DNA from: an uncultured Verrucomicrobiota bacterium
Lineage (GTDB): Bacteria; Verrucomicrobiota; Verrucomicrobiia; Palsa-1439
NCBI GenBank assembly: GCA_903825435.1
Contig: CAIKAP010000097.1
Coordinates: 10,547 to 74,546, forward strand
Direction of reading: 5' to 3'
DNA: 64,000 nucleotides
The stretch's first letter is position 1. Each line of letters opens with the position of its first letter. The notes beneath the pieces were generated by a model. It was not told the origin of the DNA and ran no database searches. It was given only the letters and a program-made list of their open reading frames with translations. The position numbers were made by a program, and so were the translations under genes. Below, one piece after another: positions 1 to 9,623 of the stretch.

Positions 1-985
1 CAACGTCGTCATGCTCGGCATCGCCTACCAGCGCGGCCTCCTGCCCGTCTCGCTCGAAAACATCGAGTGGGCGCTCCGCGAAACCATGGGCCGCTCCGCC
101 GACGATAACATCAAAGCCTTTCACCTCGGCCGCAAACTCGTCCTCGACCCGCCGCTCGCGCACCGCCACGAATTCCACGAGACCTACGAACAATTCATCG
201 TCGAGCGCATCGAAGTGATGAAACGCAACCACCGCGCCCGCGACCGCTGGGTCACCGAGTTCGAAGAACTCATCCACCGCAGCGAACAAAGCATCCACCT
301 CGGCGAACAAACCGAGCGCGACCTCGTCTGGCGTTTGTACAACCTCCTCGAATACGGCGGCACCAACGCCTACGCCCGCCAATACCTCGACCTCGTCGAG
401 CGCGTCTATCGTCTCGACAACATTGACCGCGAACACGCCGCGAACAAAGCCATCATCTGGAATCTCTACAAAGCGATGGCCATCAAAGACGAGATTTACG
501 TCGCGCACCTGATGACCAGCGAAGAAAAATTCCGCCGCGACAATCACCGCTACCACATTGACGCCGCTCGCGGCGATAAAATCCTCTACCATCACCTCAA
601 CCGACCCGAATTTATATTTCTCGGCAAAACCATCCGTTTCAAAATCAGCCCGAAGCGCTGGCAATTGAACACGCTGAAACACATGCGCTGGCTCCGCGCC
701 GCGCTCCCCGGCTGGCACCGGCGCGAACGCGAATTCCGCGACTGGTACATCCGGCTCGCCGAAGATTTCTGTCACGTCCTCCCGACGCTCGGCGCCGACC
801 GCGCCGCCTACGACCGCTGGGTCGAAGCGCTACGCTGCGTCGAAACGGTTCGCGGCTACCGCGAAGTTCGCTACCCGAAACTCGACGCCGCCCGCCAACA
901 CGCCGAGTCCCTCGTCCGCAACACCGGACGCGCCTCCGCGCGATACGCGCAAGACCGCAAACGCGCCGACCGCCCAAACAAATAA
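1..985 (+). CDS. C-terminal part of an indolepyruvate:ferredoxin oxidoreductase-family (fused 2-oxoacid oxidoreductase) protein; 5'-truncated by the window
   Basis: MLGxAYQxGLLPVSLENI...NIKAFxLGR and KAMAIKDEIYVAHL (cf. KLMAYKDEYEVARL) motifs of the IOR C-terminal region. Confidence 0.75.
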   Translation, partial: NVVMLGIAYQRGLLPVSLENIEWALRETMGRSADDNIKAFHLGRKLVLDPPLAHRHEFHETYEQFIVERIEVMKRNHRARDRWVTEFEELIHRSEQSIHLGEQTERDLVWRLYNLLEYGGTNAYARQYLDLVERVYRLDNIDREHAANKAIIWNLYKAMAIKDEIYVAHLMTSEEKFRRDNHRYHIDAARGDKILYHHLNRPEFIFLGKTIRFKISPKRWQLNTLKHMRWLRAALPGWHRREREFRDWYIRLAEDFCHVLPTLGADRAAYDRWVEALRCVETVRGYREVRYPKLDAARQHAESLVRNTGRASARYAQDRKRADRPNK

Positions 986-1045
986 AAAAGCGGCTGTAGC
1001 GAAAAAAGATCGGACTTTCCCCGCGTAATTTCACCGAAATTTTCG

Positions 1046-1120
1046 TTGCCGGAACATTTCCGGAACATGGCCGAAACAAAAAGTTCATGTTCCGGCCATG
1101 TTCCGGTTTTGTTCCGGCAA
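1046..1120. repeat. 33-bp imperfect inverted repeat; each arm is three 11-bp-period CCGGAACA units
   Basis: TTGCCGGAACATTTCCGGAACATGGCCGAAACA (1046-1078) vs TGTTCCGGCCATGTTCCGGTTTTGTTCCGGCAA (1088-1120). Confidence 0.9.
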
Positions 1121-1141
1121 GAAAAAATCCGACAAGCAACC

Positions 1142-1169
1142 GTAGGGGCGACGCATGCGTCGCCCCTAC
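1142..1169. repeat. Perfect 28-bp palindrome, GTAG-type REP-like element
   Basis: GTAGGGGCGACGCA|TGCGTCGCCCCTAC; GTAG 5' end is typical of REPs. Confidence 0.8.
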
Positions 1170-1196
1170 ACCGGTTTCCGCGCAACAAAATAATTT

Positions 1197-1223
1197 TCTT
1201 TCGTGTCTTTCGTGTCTTTCGTG
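1197..1223. repeat. Short tandem repeat TCTTTCGTG x3
   Basis: tctttcgtg tctttcgtg tctttcgtg followed by gttaaat. Confidence 0.75.
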
Positions 1224-1241
1224 GTTAAATCCTCCGACTTT

Positions 1242-3671
1242 ATGTTTCGGTTTTGTTCCGTCATTTTATTTTTCGTATTCGCCGCCGCCGCATCTGCCGA
1301 GGAAGCGCTCGACGCCACCGACCTCGCCTACATCCGCGAAGCGCTCGCCAAAATCCGGATGACGCCGCACGATCTCGGTTTCAAAAAAGATGTCGCCGAT
1401 TCCGTGTTCGTATTACCGGAAGCGCGACGGTTTCTCCGCGACCCGCTCGCGTTGCCGGTCTTCGGTCGCGACACGATGACCAATCTCCAATCCGCCGCCT
1501 CGCTCGAATCGCTCGCCAATTTTTGTGCCGCGAAATTACACGCGTCGCAACCGTCGCACATACCGGCACCGCACCAAAATCTTCCCGCGCTCGCGCAAAA
1601 AATTTACGACGCGGCGCTCGCGGCGCAGCCGTCATTGCCAAAACCGGACCGCGAGGCATTTGAAGCGTGGGCGCTCGAATTCATCAGCGATAAAAAAGAC
1701 AAGCAGCGTTATGCTCCGGATTTGTTCCGGCGGGACGACGCGCTGGAATTGCAGGACGACGAAGTCGCTAACGCCATTCTCGACGCGGGCGAACGCTTCG
1801 ATTGCGCGGCGATGATGTCGGTGTTCGCGGCGTTGTCGCGCGCGGTGGACGAAACACTCGCCGCGCTCGGCACGAACAGCGTCGCGGAATTTTCCGCGGA
1901 CACACCGCTCGGAAAAATTATCTGCACCGGAGCGTCGCGTCGGACTTTTACCGACGAAGCGTTTCTGATTATCGCCACCGGCAACGACAATTTATTTTTG
2001 AATTCTGCCGGTGGCGCGAACGGTCTCGACGGTCGGCCGGTTTGCGTCGTCATCGCGACGGGACACGGCAACCGGTACGCCAGCACGAATATTGTCGCGC
2101 AAGGCGCGGGGCTTTTCGGTATCGGAATTCTCGCGGATTTAGGCTCAAACTCGACGTTTACGGCGCGACACATCGCGCAAGGCGCGGGCTTGTTCGGCTG
2201 CGGCGCGCTCGTCACCGGTGTAGGCCGACAAAATTTCGAGGCCGACTCGTTTTGTCAGGGCGCGGGATTTTTCGGCGCGGGAATTTTGTGGCAACGCGGC
2301 GGCGACACGGTTTATCGTGCCGCGGAAAAGGCTCAAGGCTTCGGTGGCGTCGCCGGCTTCGGGCTGCTTAGTGATGAGGGTGGCGACGACTCATATTTCG
2401 CTGGTGGCAAATATCCGTGCGCGTGGACGCCGGGACAGTATTTCTCGCTGGCGCAAGGATTCGGATTCGGGATGCGTCCGTTTGCTGGAGGTGGCATCGG
2501 CGTTCTCTGTGACCTCGCGGGCAACGACCGCTACGAAGCGGGTGTGTACGGTCAGGGCGCGAGCTATTGGTACTCGGTCGGGCTGTTGCTCGACCGCGAA
2601 GGCAACGACACCTACAAGGCATTCCAGTATTGCCAGGGCGCGGGCATTCACCTGAGCTGCGGGGCGCTGATTGACTGGAGCGGCAACGACACGTACACCG
2701 CGCACGCCATCTGTCAGGGCGCAGCGCACGATTACAGCGTCGGGATGTTGATTGACCGTGCCGGTAATGACATTTACACCGGTGACAGCACGGCGCAGGG
2801 AGCGGCCATCAATAACTCGTTCGCGATGCTGCTCGACCGTTGCGGTGACGACGTGTACGTCGGCACCGACCCGAAACAATCGCAGGCGTCGGGCCACGAC
2901 GGCGGCAAACGCGAGTACGGCTCGATTGCGCTGTTGCTCGACCTCGGTGGCAACGATTTCTACTCGCAAGGTTGGAAGAACAACTCGACGTGGACGAAAC
3001 CGTTTTACGGCGTAGGAATGGATTGCGAGGCGCGGCCGTTTTACTGGGCGAAGCCGGTGGCGGAGGTTTATCAGACAGAGCAAGTAAAACCGGTTCGGGT
3101 GCGATGCGTGCCGGTGGATGTGCATCATCCGGTGGAGCGGCTGGTGCGTCGGGCGATCAGCGACGAGGGCGCGGAAGCGGCGAACAAGGAGCTGAAAACG
3201 AGGGCGGTGGAAGTGTTGCCGTACTTGTTGACGCGTGTGGACAGTCCGAACGTAATGTTGCGGGTGAAGGCGGAAGAGTTGGTGGATCTCGTCGGCACGA
3301 ACGCGGTACCAATGCTGGTGGAGGCGATCTGCTCGGCGAAAAACGATGAGGCGGTGCGCGTCTGCTGCTATTTTCTGGCGCGATTCGAGACGGCAACGAA
3401 TACGATTCCGTTGGTGCTGCCATTGCTTGGGCGTGAGAAGACGCGAACAACGGCGTTGTACACGCTCGGTCATTTGCGCGCACGCGAAGCGTTTGATGGG
3501 GCTCTGGCTGCCTTCGGTGACAAGAACGAATTGGTGCGGCTGCGCGCGGCGCAGGCGCTAGGACGGATTGGCGACCGGCGGGCGATTCCGTCGTTGGAGA
3601 AGGCGCGGCGGGACGAGTGGTGGGAGGTGCGATTTGCGGTGGAAGAGGCGCTTGCGCGGTTAGGTGAGTAA
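1242..3671 (+). CDS. Exported protein with glycine-rich DxxG(N/D)DxY repeats and C-terminal HEAT repeats
   Basis: Signal-like N-terminus (FFVFAAAASA); many L-D-x-x-G-N-D-x-Y / QGAG repeats; C-terminal VRLRAAQALGRIGD HEAT motifs. Confidence 0.7.
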   Translation: MFRFCSVILFFVFAAAASAEEALDATDLAYIREALAKIRMTPHDLGFKKDVADSVFVLPEARRFLRDPLALPVFGRDTMTNLQSAASLESLANFCAAKLHASQPSHIPAPHQNLPALAQKIYDAALAAQPSLPKPDREAFEAWALEFISDKKDKQRYAPDLFRRDDALELQDDEVANAILDAGERFDCAAMMSVFAALSRAVDETLAALGTNSVAEFSADTPLGKIICTGASRRTFTDEAFLIIATGNDNLFLNSAGGANGLDGRPVCVVIATGHGNRYASTNIVAQGAGLFGIGILADLGSNSTFTARHIAQGAGLFGCGALVTGVGRQNFEADSFCQGAGFFGAGILWQRGGDTVYRAAEKAQGFGGVAGFGLLSDEGGDDSYFAGGKYPCAWTPGQYFSLAQGFGFGMRPFAGGGIGVLCDLAGNDRYEAGVYGQGASYWYSVGLLLDREGNDTYKAFQYCQGAGIHLSCGALIDWSGNDTYTAHAICQGAAHDYSVGMLIDRAGNDIYTGDSTAQGAAINNSFAMLLDRCGDDVYVGTDPKQSQASGHDGGKREYGSIALLLDLGGNDFYSQGWKNNSTWTKPFYGVGMDCEARPFYWAKPVAEVYQTEQVKPVRVRCVPVDVHHPVERLVRRAISDEGAEAANKELKTRAVEVLPYLLTRVDSPNVMLRVKAEELVDLVGTNAVPMLVEAICSAKNDEAVRVCCYFLARFETATNTIPLVLPLLGREKTRTTALYTLGHLRAREAFDGALAAFGDKNELVRLRAAQALGRIGDRRAIPSLEKARRDEWWEVRFAVEEALARLGE

Positions 3672-3734
3672 TAGGGTTGCCGTCGCCGCGTGTCTCGTGT
3701 ATACGAAAAGCCAAATTACGGGGAGAGCGCCACC

Positions 3735-5021
3735 ATGCCTGAGCGGAAACCGTCTGTCGGAAATTATCGTTGGGTCGTCTGCGCGTTGTTGTTTTTTGCA
3801 ACGACCGTCAACTATATTGACCGCCAGATTCTTTCCTTGTTGAAGGAAATTCTCGATCAGAAAATTGGCTGGACCAACGAACAGTTCGGCTGGGTCAACT
3901 CCGCCTTCCAGTTTTCTTATGGTATCGGCCTGCTCGGCTTTGGCTGGTTTGTGGACCGCTTTGGCACGAAGGTCGGATACGCTGTTTCCATCGCCGCGTG
4001 GAGCGTCTCAGCGATGGCGCACGCGCTCGTTGGCAACGTGAGCGGCTTCATCAGCGCCCGCGTCGCACTCGGCCTCGGCGAATCGGGCAACTTTCCCTCC
4101 GCCGTCAAAGCCACCGCGCTCTGGTTCCCGAAACGCGAACGCGCGTTCGCCACGAGCATCTTCAACGCCGGCACCAATGCCGGCGCGCTGATTGCCCCGG
4201 CGATCATCCCGTGGATGGCGTTCAAGTGGGGCTGGCAATCCACGTTCATCGCCGCTGGCATTTTCGGCTTCCTGTGGCTGTTCCTCTGGATTCCGTTCTA
4301 CGACGTGCCGGATAAGTGCAAACGCGTCTCGCGCGAGGAATACGAGGTCATCCACAGCGACGGCGAGGATAAAAACGCCAACGGCAAGGTTTCCTGGCTC
4401 AGCCTGTTGCGCCACCGTCAAACATGGTCGTTCATCATCGGTAAGTTCCTGACGGACCCGGTCTGGTGGTTCTTCCTGATCTGGCTGCCGGATTTATTCA
4501 AGAAAACCTACCACCTCGACATCAAGAAGAGTTGGGTCCATCTCGTCACCATTTACGCCATTGTTACGGTGCTCAGTATTTTCGGCGGCTGGATCACCGG
4601 CTACCTCGCCCAACGCGGCTGGAGCGTCACCCGCGCCCGCAAGACCGGCATGATTGCCTTCGCGCTCTGCGTGGTCCCGGTGTTCTTCGCGACGAGTTTC
4701 AGCGTCTGGCCTGCCGTTCTGTTGATCGCGCTGGCCGGTTCGGCGCACCAAGCTTGGTCGGCGAATCTCTACACCACCGTCTCCGACATGTTTCCGAAAC
4801 GGGCCGTCGCCTCCGTCATCGGCATCGGCGGTATGGCCGGCTCCGCAGGCGGATTCCTATTCCCCATCTACTGCGGTAAGATCCTCGATAAATTTAAGGC
4901 CGCTGACAACGAGATTGGTGCCTACACCCACCTCTTGCACGTCTTGGCATTCGTTTACATCCTGGCCTTTGTGCTGCACCATTTCTGCGCGCCGAGATTT
5001 GAACAGGTTGAGATGAATTGA
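3735..5021 (+). CDS. exuT: MFS transporter, hexuronate (ExuT)/ACS family
   Basis: RWVVCALLFFATTVNYIDRQ, ESGNFPSAVKATALWFPKRERA, KFLTDPVWWFFLIWLP, AHQAWSANL. Confidence 0.85.
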   Translation: MPERKPSVGNYRWVVCALLFFATTVNYIDRQILSLLKEILDQKIGWTNEQFGWVNSAFQFSYGIGLLGFGWFVDRFGTKVGYAVSIAAWSVSAMAHALVGNVSGFISARVALGLGESGNFPSAVKATALWFPKRERAFATSIFNAGTNAGALIAPAIIPWMAFKWGWQSTFIAAGIFGFLWLFLWIPFYDVPDKCKRVSREEYEVIHSDGEDKNANGKVSWLSLLRHRQTWSFIIGKFLTDPVWWFFLIWLPDLFKKTYHLDIKKSWVHLVTIYAIVTVLSIFGGWITGYLAQRGWSVTRARKTGMIAFALCVVPVFFATSFSVWPAVLLIALAGSAHQAWSANLYTTVSDMFPKRAVASVIGIGGMAGSAGGFLFPIYCGKILDKFKAADNEIGAYTHLLHVLAFVYILAFVLHHFCAPRFEQVEMN

Positions 5022-5239
5022 CTCGTATGTAAACTCGCTTCACCATTGACACGGTCTGCTACGTTGGATGATGTTCAAGTGAAGGGTGTGTGTAATGCTT
5101 CATCGCAGTTCCTTCCCTCATAGTGCGGAGATGCTGATTAACGTTGAGAGCGGAGAGCCTCTTCTCTATACTTTCTGCCATGACTAGCCCTATTTACTGT
5201 GGAAACTAAACCCTCAATGAGTATCAAGAAAGTTAAGAA

Positions 5240-6124
5240 ATGAAACCACTCGCAACGCTGATCGTGTTTCTCGGAATCGCTCGCTCACTCTCCGCGGCGG
5301 AGCCGAACAATGACCGGTTCGCGGCACTGTCGAATCAGTATCAGTATCCCGTAGCTATTGCAGTCGGAATAAAGTTGGAACAAAGTCAGATCCTGCCGAC
5401 GGGCTACAAGCTGGTTTGGCAGGATGAATTCGACTGCGACAAACTCGATACGAACAAGTGGTCGGTGCGGGTCGGGCCTCGACGAGAGAACCACATCGTC
5501 GCCGAGGCCGTAAGCGTCAAGGAAGGTGTGTTGACGATTACAACGTTCACAGAGAACGGGAAGCATAATACTGGATATCTGTGGACAAAAAGCAAGTACG
5601 AGGCGTGCTACGGTTACTACGAGGCACGAATCCGGTTTAATAGCACGTCGGGAGAGTGGGGCGCATTTTGGTTGAACTCACCGACGATGGGTAAGATGAT
5701 CGGCGATCCAGCAAAGGCGGGCGTGGAGATTGACATCGTCGAGCATCGCGTCCGCGACGGCAAGGGAGTCGACATCGCGAATAGCTACCCGATGACAGTG
5801 CATTGGGACGGCTATGCAAAGGGCGTACACAAGCAAATCAGCAGTATGAGTCACACGGCGCCGTTGCAAGGCGAATGGCATACGTACGGGCTGTTGTGGA
5901 CGCCGGATCGCTATCGATTCTATCTCGACGGCGTGGAGCAGTGGACGACCACCAAGGCCGTCTCGCAGCGCAGCGAGTACATTCTGTTGTGCTGCGAGAT
6001 TGTTACCCACGAGATTGAGAATATTGCGTGGGCAGGTAAGATTCCTGAAGGTGGGTACGGCTCTCGCGACGCCAGCAAGACAAAAATGGAAGTGGATTAC
6101 GTCCGCGTCTATCAACAGCCGTGA
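5240..6124 (+). CDS. Secreted glycoside hydrolase family 16
   Basis: Signal peptide; LVWQDEF, YGYYEARI, GAFW, catalytic EIDIVE, WHTYGLLW, VDYVRVYQ. Confidence 0.9.
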   Translation: MKPLATLIVFLGIARSLSAAEPNNDRFAALSNQYQYPVAIAVGIKLEQSQILPTGYKLVWQDEFDCDKLDTNKWSVRVGPRRENHIVAEAVSVKEGVLTITTFTENGKHNTGYLWTKSKYEACYGYYEARIRFNSTSGEWGAFWLNSPTMGKMIGDPAKAGVEIDIVEHRVRDGKGVDIANSYPMTVHWDGYAKGVHKQISSMSHTAPLQGEWHTYGLLWTPDRYRFYLDGVEQWTTTKAVSQRSEYILLCCEIVTHEIENIAWAGKIPEGGYGSRDASKTKMEVDYVRVYQQP

Positions 6125-6414
6125 ATACGATACGTTTCACCGAGTCGCCAGAAGGCGTGATGTTTCCCGTGCGAGTCCAGCCGCGCGCACGGCGCAATGC
6201 GGTTGCCGTCCTGAAGGGGGACGCATTGAAAGTGTACGTGACCGCGCCGCCGGAGGACGGGCGGGCGAACGAGGCGGTCATTGAGTTGCTCGCCGAGACG
6301 CTTGGCGTGAAACGGCGTCAGGTGGAAATCATTACCGGCGCGACCAGCCGCGACAAGGTGGTGCGGGTGAGCGGACTGGCGAGTCGGGAGTTGGCAGCGA
6401 AGCTGTCGGCGTGA
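6121..6414 (+). CDS. DUF167 / YggU family protein
   Basis: VRVQPRA, LKVYVTAPPEDGRANEA, GATSRDK motifs. Confidence 0.9.
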   Translation: MNTIRFTESPEGVMFPVRVQPRARRNAVAVLKGDALKVYVTAPPEDGRANEAVIELLAETLGVKRRQVEIITGATSRDKVVRVSGLASRELAAKLSA

Positions 6415-6426
6415 TATGGTGGCGCC

Positions 6427-7569
6427 ATGAAACGGATTCTTTGGCTTGCATTGGCTCTTGTCCTGGCGACGGCGACGGCCCAGGCTGCGACGAAGAAGAA
6501 ACAAAGCACTGCCTCGCCGCCACCTGGCCTCGAAGCTGCAAAGGCAGTCAGCACCGTCACCGGCGTCGGCGCGTGGGAGTACTTCCACACGCCCGCCGAC
6601 AAGCGCGATTCACTCAACTGGTACGCCCACCCTTCATTCTGGGTGCCAGCGATGCTGCTGGTAGCCGCTGTCGCCTTCAAAGATTCTGTTGGCACAGCTG
6701 TGCCGCCCGGCTTGAAGAAACCGCTCGACGTCGCCGAGACCGTCGAGAACAAAGTCAGCGGCCTTGTCGCCGCCGGCGCCGTTGTGCCGAGCATCGCCGC
6801 CGTCTTTTCATTCGACACCGGTACCGCACACGCCGCCGCCGCGCACATTCAAATGGCCGGCTTCAACCCAGCGGGGCTACTCGACATCCTCACCGTGCCG
6901 CTGGCCATCGTCGCGTTCGGGCTGGTCTGGCTTGCCGCGCACGCCATCAACGTCCTCATCCTCCTCAGTCCGTGGGGCGTCGTGGACGCCGCGCTGAAAT
7001 CCTTCCGCACGTTCCTGCTCGGCCTCGTGACCGTCACCCACTTCGTCAACCCGTGGGCCGGCATGATCCTGTCGCTCATCATCATTCTCATCGCATGGTT
7101 GATCGCCGGCTGGTCGTTCCGCCTGATGATCTTCGGCTCTGTTTACGTCTGGGATTTCGTCACGATTCGCAAACACCGGTTCCAACCCGAACCCAACGCC
7201 AATTGGATGTTCACCGCCCGCAAGATCGAGAAGACGCCCGTTCGCACCTATGGGCGCCTCGTGCGCGACGACGCCGGCAAACTGACCTTCGACTACCGTC
7301 CGTGGCTGTTCGGCAAAAAACGCACCGTCGAGTTACCGAAAGGCACCTACGCCGTCGGCAGCGGTATGTTCTACTCCGAAGTGTTGCTTGTCGAAGGCGA
7401 GAAGGAACGGATGATGTTGCTCCTGCCGCCGCGCTACCGCACGCACGAGGAAGAGATCGTCAAGGCGTACGGCTTCCTCGAAGTTCGCGCCACCGGTTTG
7501 CGACGCGCATGGCAATCCATCAAGAACCTTTTCGGTTTCGGCGCCAAGGCCTCGCCCGCCGTCGCATGA
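6427..7569 (+). CDS. Hypothetical multi-pass membrane protein with signal peptide
   Basis: 380-aa ORF, signal peptide, several hydrophobic segments, 4-bp overlap with next gene. Confidence 0.7.
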   Translation: MKRILWLALALVLATATAQAATKKKQSTASPPPGLEAAKAVSTVTGVGAWEYFHTPADKRDSLNWYAHPSFWVPAMLLVAAVAFKDSVGTAVPPGLKKPLDVAETVENKVSGLVAAGAVVPSIAAVFSFDTGTAHAAAAHIQMAGFNPAGLLDILTVPLAIVAFGLVWLAAHAINVLILLSPWGVVDAALKSFRTFLLGLVTVTHFVNPWAGMILSLIIILIAWLIAGWSFRLMIFGSVYVWDFVTIRKHRFQPEPNANWMFTARKIEKTPVRTYGRLVRDDAGKLTFDYRPWLFGKKRTVELPKGTYAVGSGMFYSEVLLVEGEKERMMLLLPPRYRTHEEEIVKAYGFLEVRATGLRRAWQSIKNLFGFGAKASPAVA

Positions 7570-8606
7570 ATCGCATCACCGACGCCGAAGCGCTGCGCCT
7601 GTTCCAGTCGCACGACCTCAATGCCATCGGCACGCAGGCCAACACCGTCCGCGAAGCCAAGAACGGCAACGCCGCCTTCTACATTCTGAACCGGCACATC
7701 AACTACTCCAACCTCTGCGTCCTCGACTGCGACTTCTGCGCCTTCTACCGCCGCCCCGGTGAGGAAGGCGCCTACGAACTCGGTCTTGCCGAGATAGTCG
7801 AGAAAGCCAAAGCCGCTCTCGCACTCGGTATTACCGAGATCCACCTCGTCGGCGGACTTCACCCGACGTGGAAACTCGCGCAGTACATTGAGTTGCTCCG
7901 CGCGTTGCAGGCGCTCGACCCGCGCCTGCACCTGAAAGCGTTCACCGCCACCGAGATTCGCCACTTCGCCCGCCGTGCCAAGCGCCGCATCGGCGACATC
8001 CTCGCCACGCTTCGCGACGCCGGTCTCGGCTCGCTCACCGGTGGCGGCGCGGAGATTTTCGCGCCCGAAATCCGGAAACAAATCTGCGCGCCAAAAGAAA
8101 CCGCCGACCAGTGGCTCGACGTCCACCGTACCTGGCACAAGATGGGCGGACGCTCGACTTGCACGATGCTCATCGGCCACATCGAGAAGTTCGAGCACCG
8201 CGTGGACCATCTTCGCCGGCTCCGCGAGTTGCAGGACGAAACCGGCGGATTCACCGCGCTTGTTACGCTTCCGTTCCAACCCGCCAACACTAAGCTCTCG
8301 CACTTGCCCGGCCCCAGCGGCTACGACCTCCTCAAGACGCTCGCCATCGCTCGCATCTACCTCGACAACTTCGACCACATCAAAGCGTACTGGATCTCGA
8401 TGGGAATGAAACTCGCGCAAGTCGCACTCAGCTTCGGCGTGGACGACATAGACGGCACCGTCATGGAAGAAAGAATTTACCACATGGCCGGTGTGCAGAC
8501 GCCGCAACAAATGGCCTGCGCCGAACTCGAAGCCGCCATCCGCGAAGCCGGCCGTGACCCCGTCCAACGCGATTCGCTTTACCGTCCTGTAAGCGACTTC
8601 TCGTAA
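7566..8606 (+). CDS. mqnE: Radical SAM protein, CofH/MqnE family (aminofutalosine synthase-like)
   Basis: NRHINYSNLCVLDCDFCAF (CxxxCxxC), GGGAEIF, LRELQDETGGF, NFDHIKAYW, DDIDGTV. Confidence 0.85.
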   Translation: MNRITDAEALRLFQSHDLNAIGTQANTVREAKNGNAAFYILNRHINYSNLCVLDCDFCAFYRRPGEEGAYELGLAEIVEKAKAALALGITEIHLVGGLHPTWKLAQYIELLRALQALDPRLHLKAFTATEIRHFARRAKRRIGDILATLRDAGLGSLTGGGAEIFAPEIRKQICAPKETADQWLDVHRTWHKMGGRSTCTMLIGHIEKFEHRVDHLRRLRELQDETGGFTALVTLPFQPANTKLSHLPGPSGYDLLKTLAIARIYLDNFDHIKAYWISMGMKLAQVALSFGVDDIDGTVMEERIYHMAGVQTPQQMACAELEAAIREAGRDPVQRDSLYRPVSDFS

Positions 8607-9004
8607 TCGGCCACGAAGAACTGCTGGCCCTTGCGGACGATCTTTTGTCCTTCCGCCTTGAGCAACCGGCATTGCGCCTTTACGCCGCCGGGGTATTTCG
8701 GGTTGATCTGGCCGCCCGACTTCAACGTACGCCAGTATGGCGTCGTGACGCTCTCGCCTTCCGCCGCCGCCTCCGCCGCGGCGTGCGCGGCGATCCACGC
8801 AAAGATGCCGGTCGTCAATGGACAGGCGATGTCGGTGCCATGCTTGCGTGCGAGGCACCGGCGAATCTCATCAATCGTGGTGAGCTTGCCGTGCGGCACC
8901 TGCGCCATGACTTCGTCCACTTCGCGCGGTGCGGGGATTACCAACGTCTTCGGGAGGTCCTTGTTAGTTTCCAGTTTCTCCCGCCAGGATTTGCGCGTTT
9001 TCAT
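8579..9004 (-). CDS. MGMT/alkyltransferase-like DNA-binding family protein
   Basis: VPHGKLTT, PYWRTLK, NPKYPGG...QxxLLxAEG; lacks PCHR cysteine. Confidence 0.7.
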   Translation of the reverse strand: MKTRKSWREKLETNKDLPKTLVIPAPREVDEVMAQVPHGKLTTIDEIRRCLARKHGTDIACPLTTGIFAWIAAHAAAEAAAEGESVTTPYWRTLKSGGQINPKYPGGVKAQCRLLKAEGQKIVRKGQQFFVADYEKSLTGR

Positions 9005-9036
9005 GTCGCGCTCTTTACCGCGCCGCGCCAGGAGAG

Positions 9037-9615
9037 TCAACGTCGCAGTCGGTAACAGCCTGTGACCCGGTACTGAAAGAGGATGTCCTCTTCCTGAACT
9101 CCTTGTCCGATGTTGTGAATGATCAATGGGACATTCTTGGAGTTTGCACGGTTGGAAACGATGCCGATGTGTGTGATGCCACGACCGAGGTCCCAAGCCA
9201 CGATGTCGCCGGGTTGGTAATCGGCTGGCTTGTCGGAGACCGGCAGGTTGTAACCTTTGCGGGTGAAGTAGGTCGTCAGGTTGGGAACACGGCGGTGGTC
9301 AATGTTCGGGTCGGGTTGCTTCAGCCCCCATTTCTTGGGGTACTGGGCAAAGTTCTGGCGCATGTCCTCGTGCAGTTCTTTTTGCAGGTCAACGCCCTGA
9401 TCGCGCAGCGCGCGCACGATAACGTCTGAGCAGACACCGGTCTCAAGCGGAACGTCGCCGTTGGGGTAGGGCAAGGTTTGGTAAGCCGGATTGTAGCTGC
9501 GCGTCACGCCAATCTGCCGGCGTGCTGACTCCACCAGTTTGAGCGGGTCGAAAGCCAGGCTGACGGAGGCGATCAGAGTCAACGCCACGACTACGCCTGT
9601 GATGCGACGACTCAT
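9037..9615 (-). CDS. DUF1287 (YijF-like) exported protein
   Basis: YPNGDVP, GVCSDVIVRA, NIDHRRVPNL, PGDIVAW, HIGIVS, HNIG. Confidence 0.9.
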   Translation of the reverse strand: MSRRITGVVVALTLIASVSLAFDPLKLVESARRQIGVTRSYNPAYQTLPYPNGDVPLETGVCSDVIVRALRDQGVDLQKELHEDMRQNFAQYPKKWGLKQPDPNIDHRRVPNLTTYFTRKGYNLPVSDKPADYQPGDIVAWDLGRGITHIGIVSNRANSKNVPLIIHNIGQGVQEEDILFQYRVTGCYRLRR

Positions 9616-9623
9616 CAAAGATG

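Noticed and set aside
6411..7565. 731-aa ORF suggesting a long N-terminal extension of MqnE
   Set aside because: The extension is an Arg-rich off-frame reading of the real 6427-7569 gene; MqnE starts at 7566
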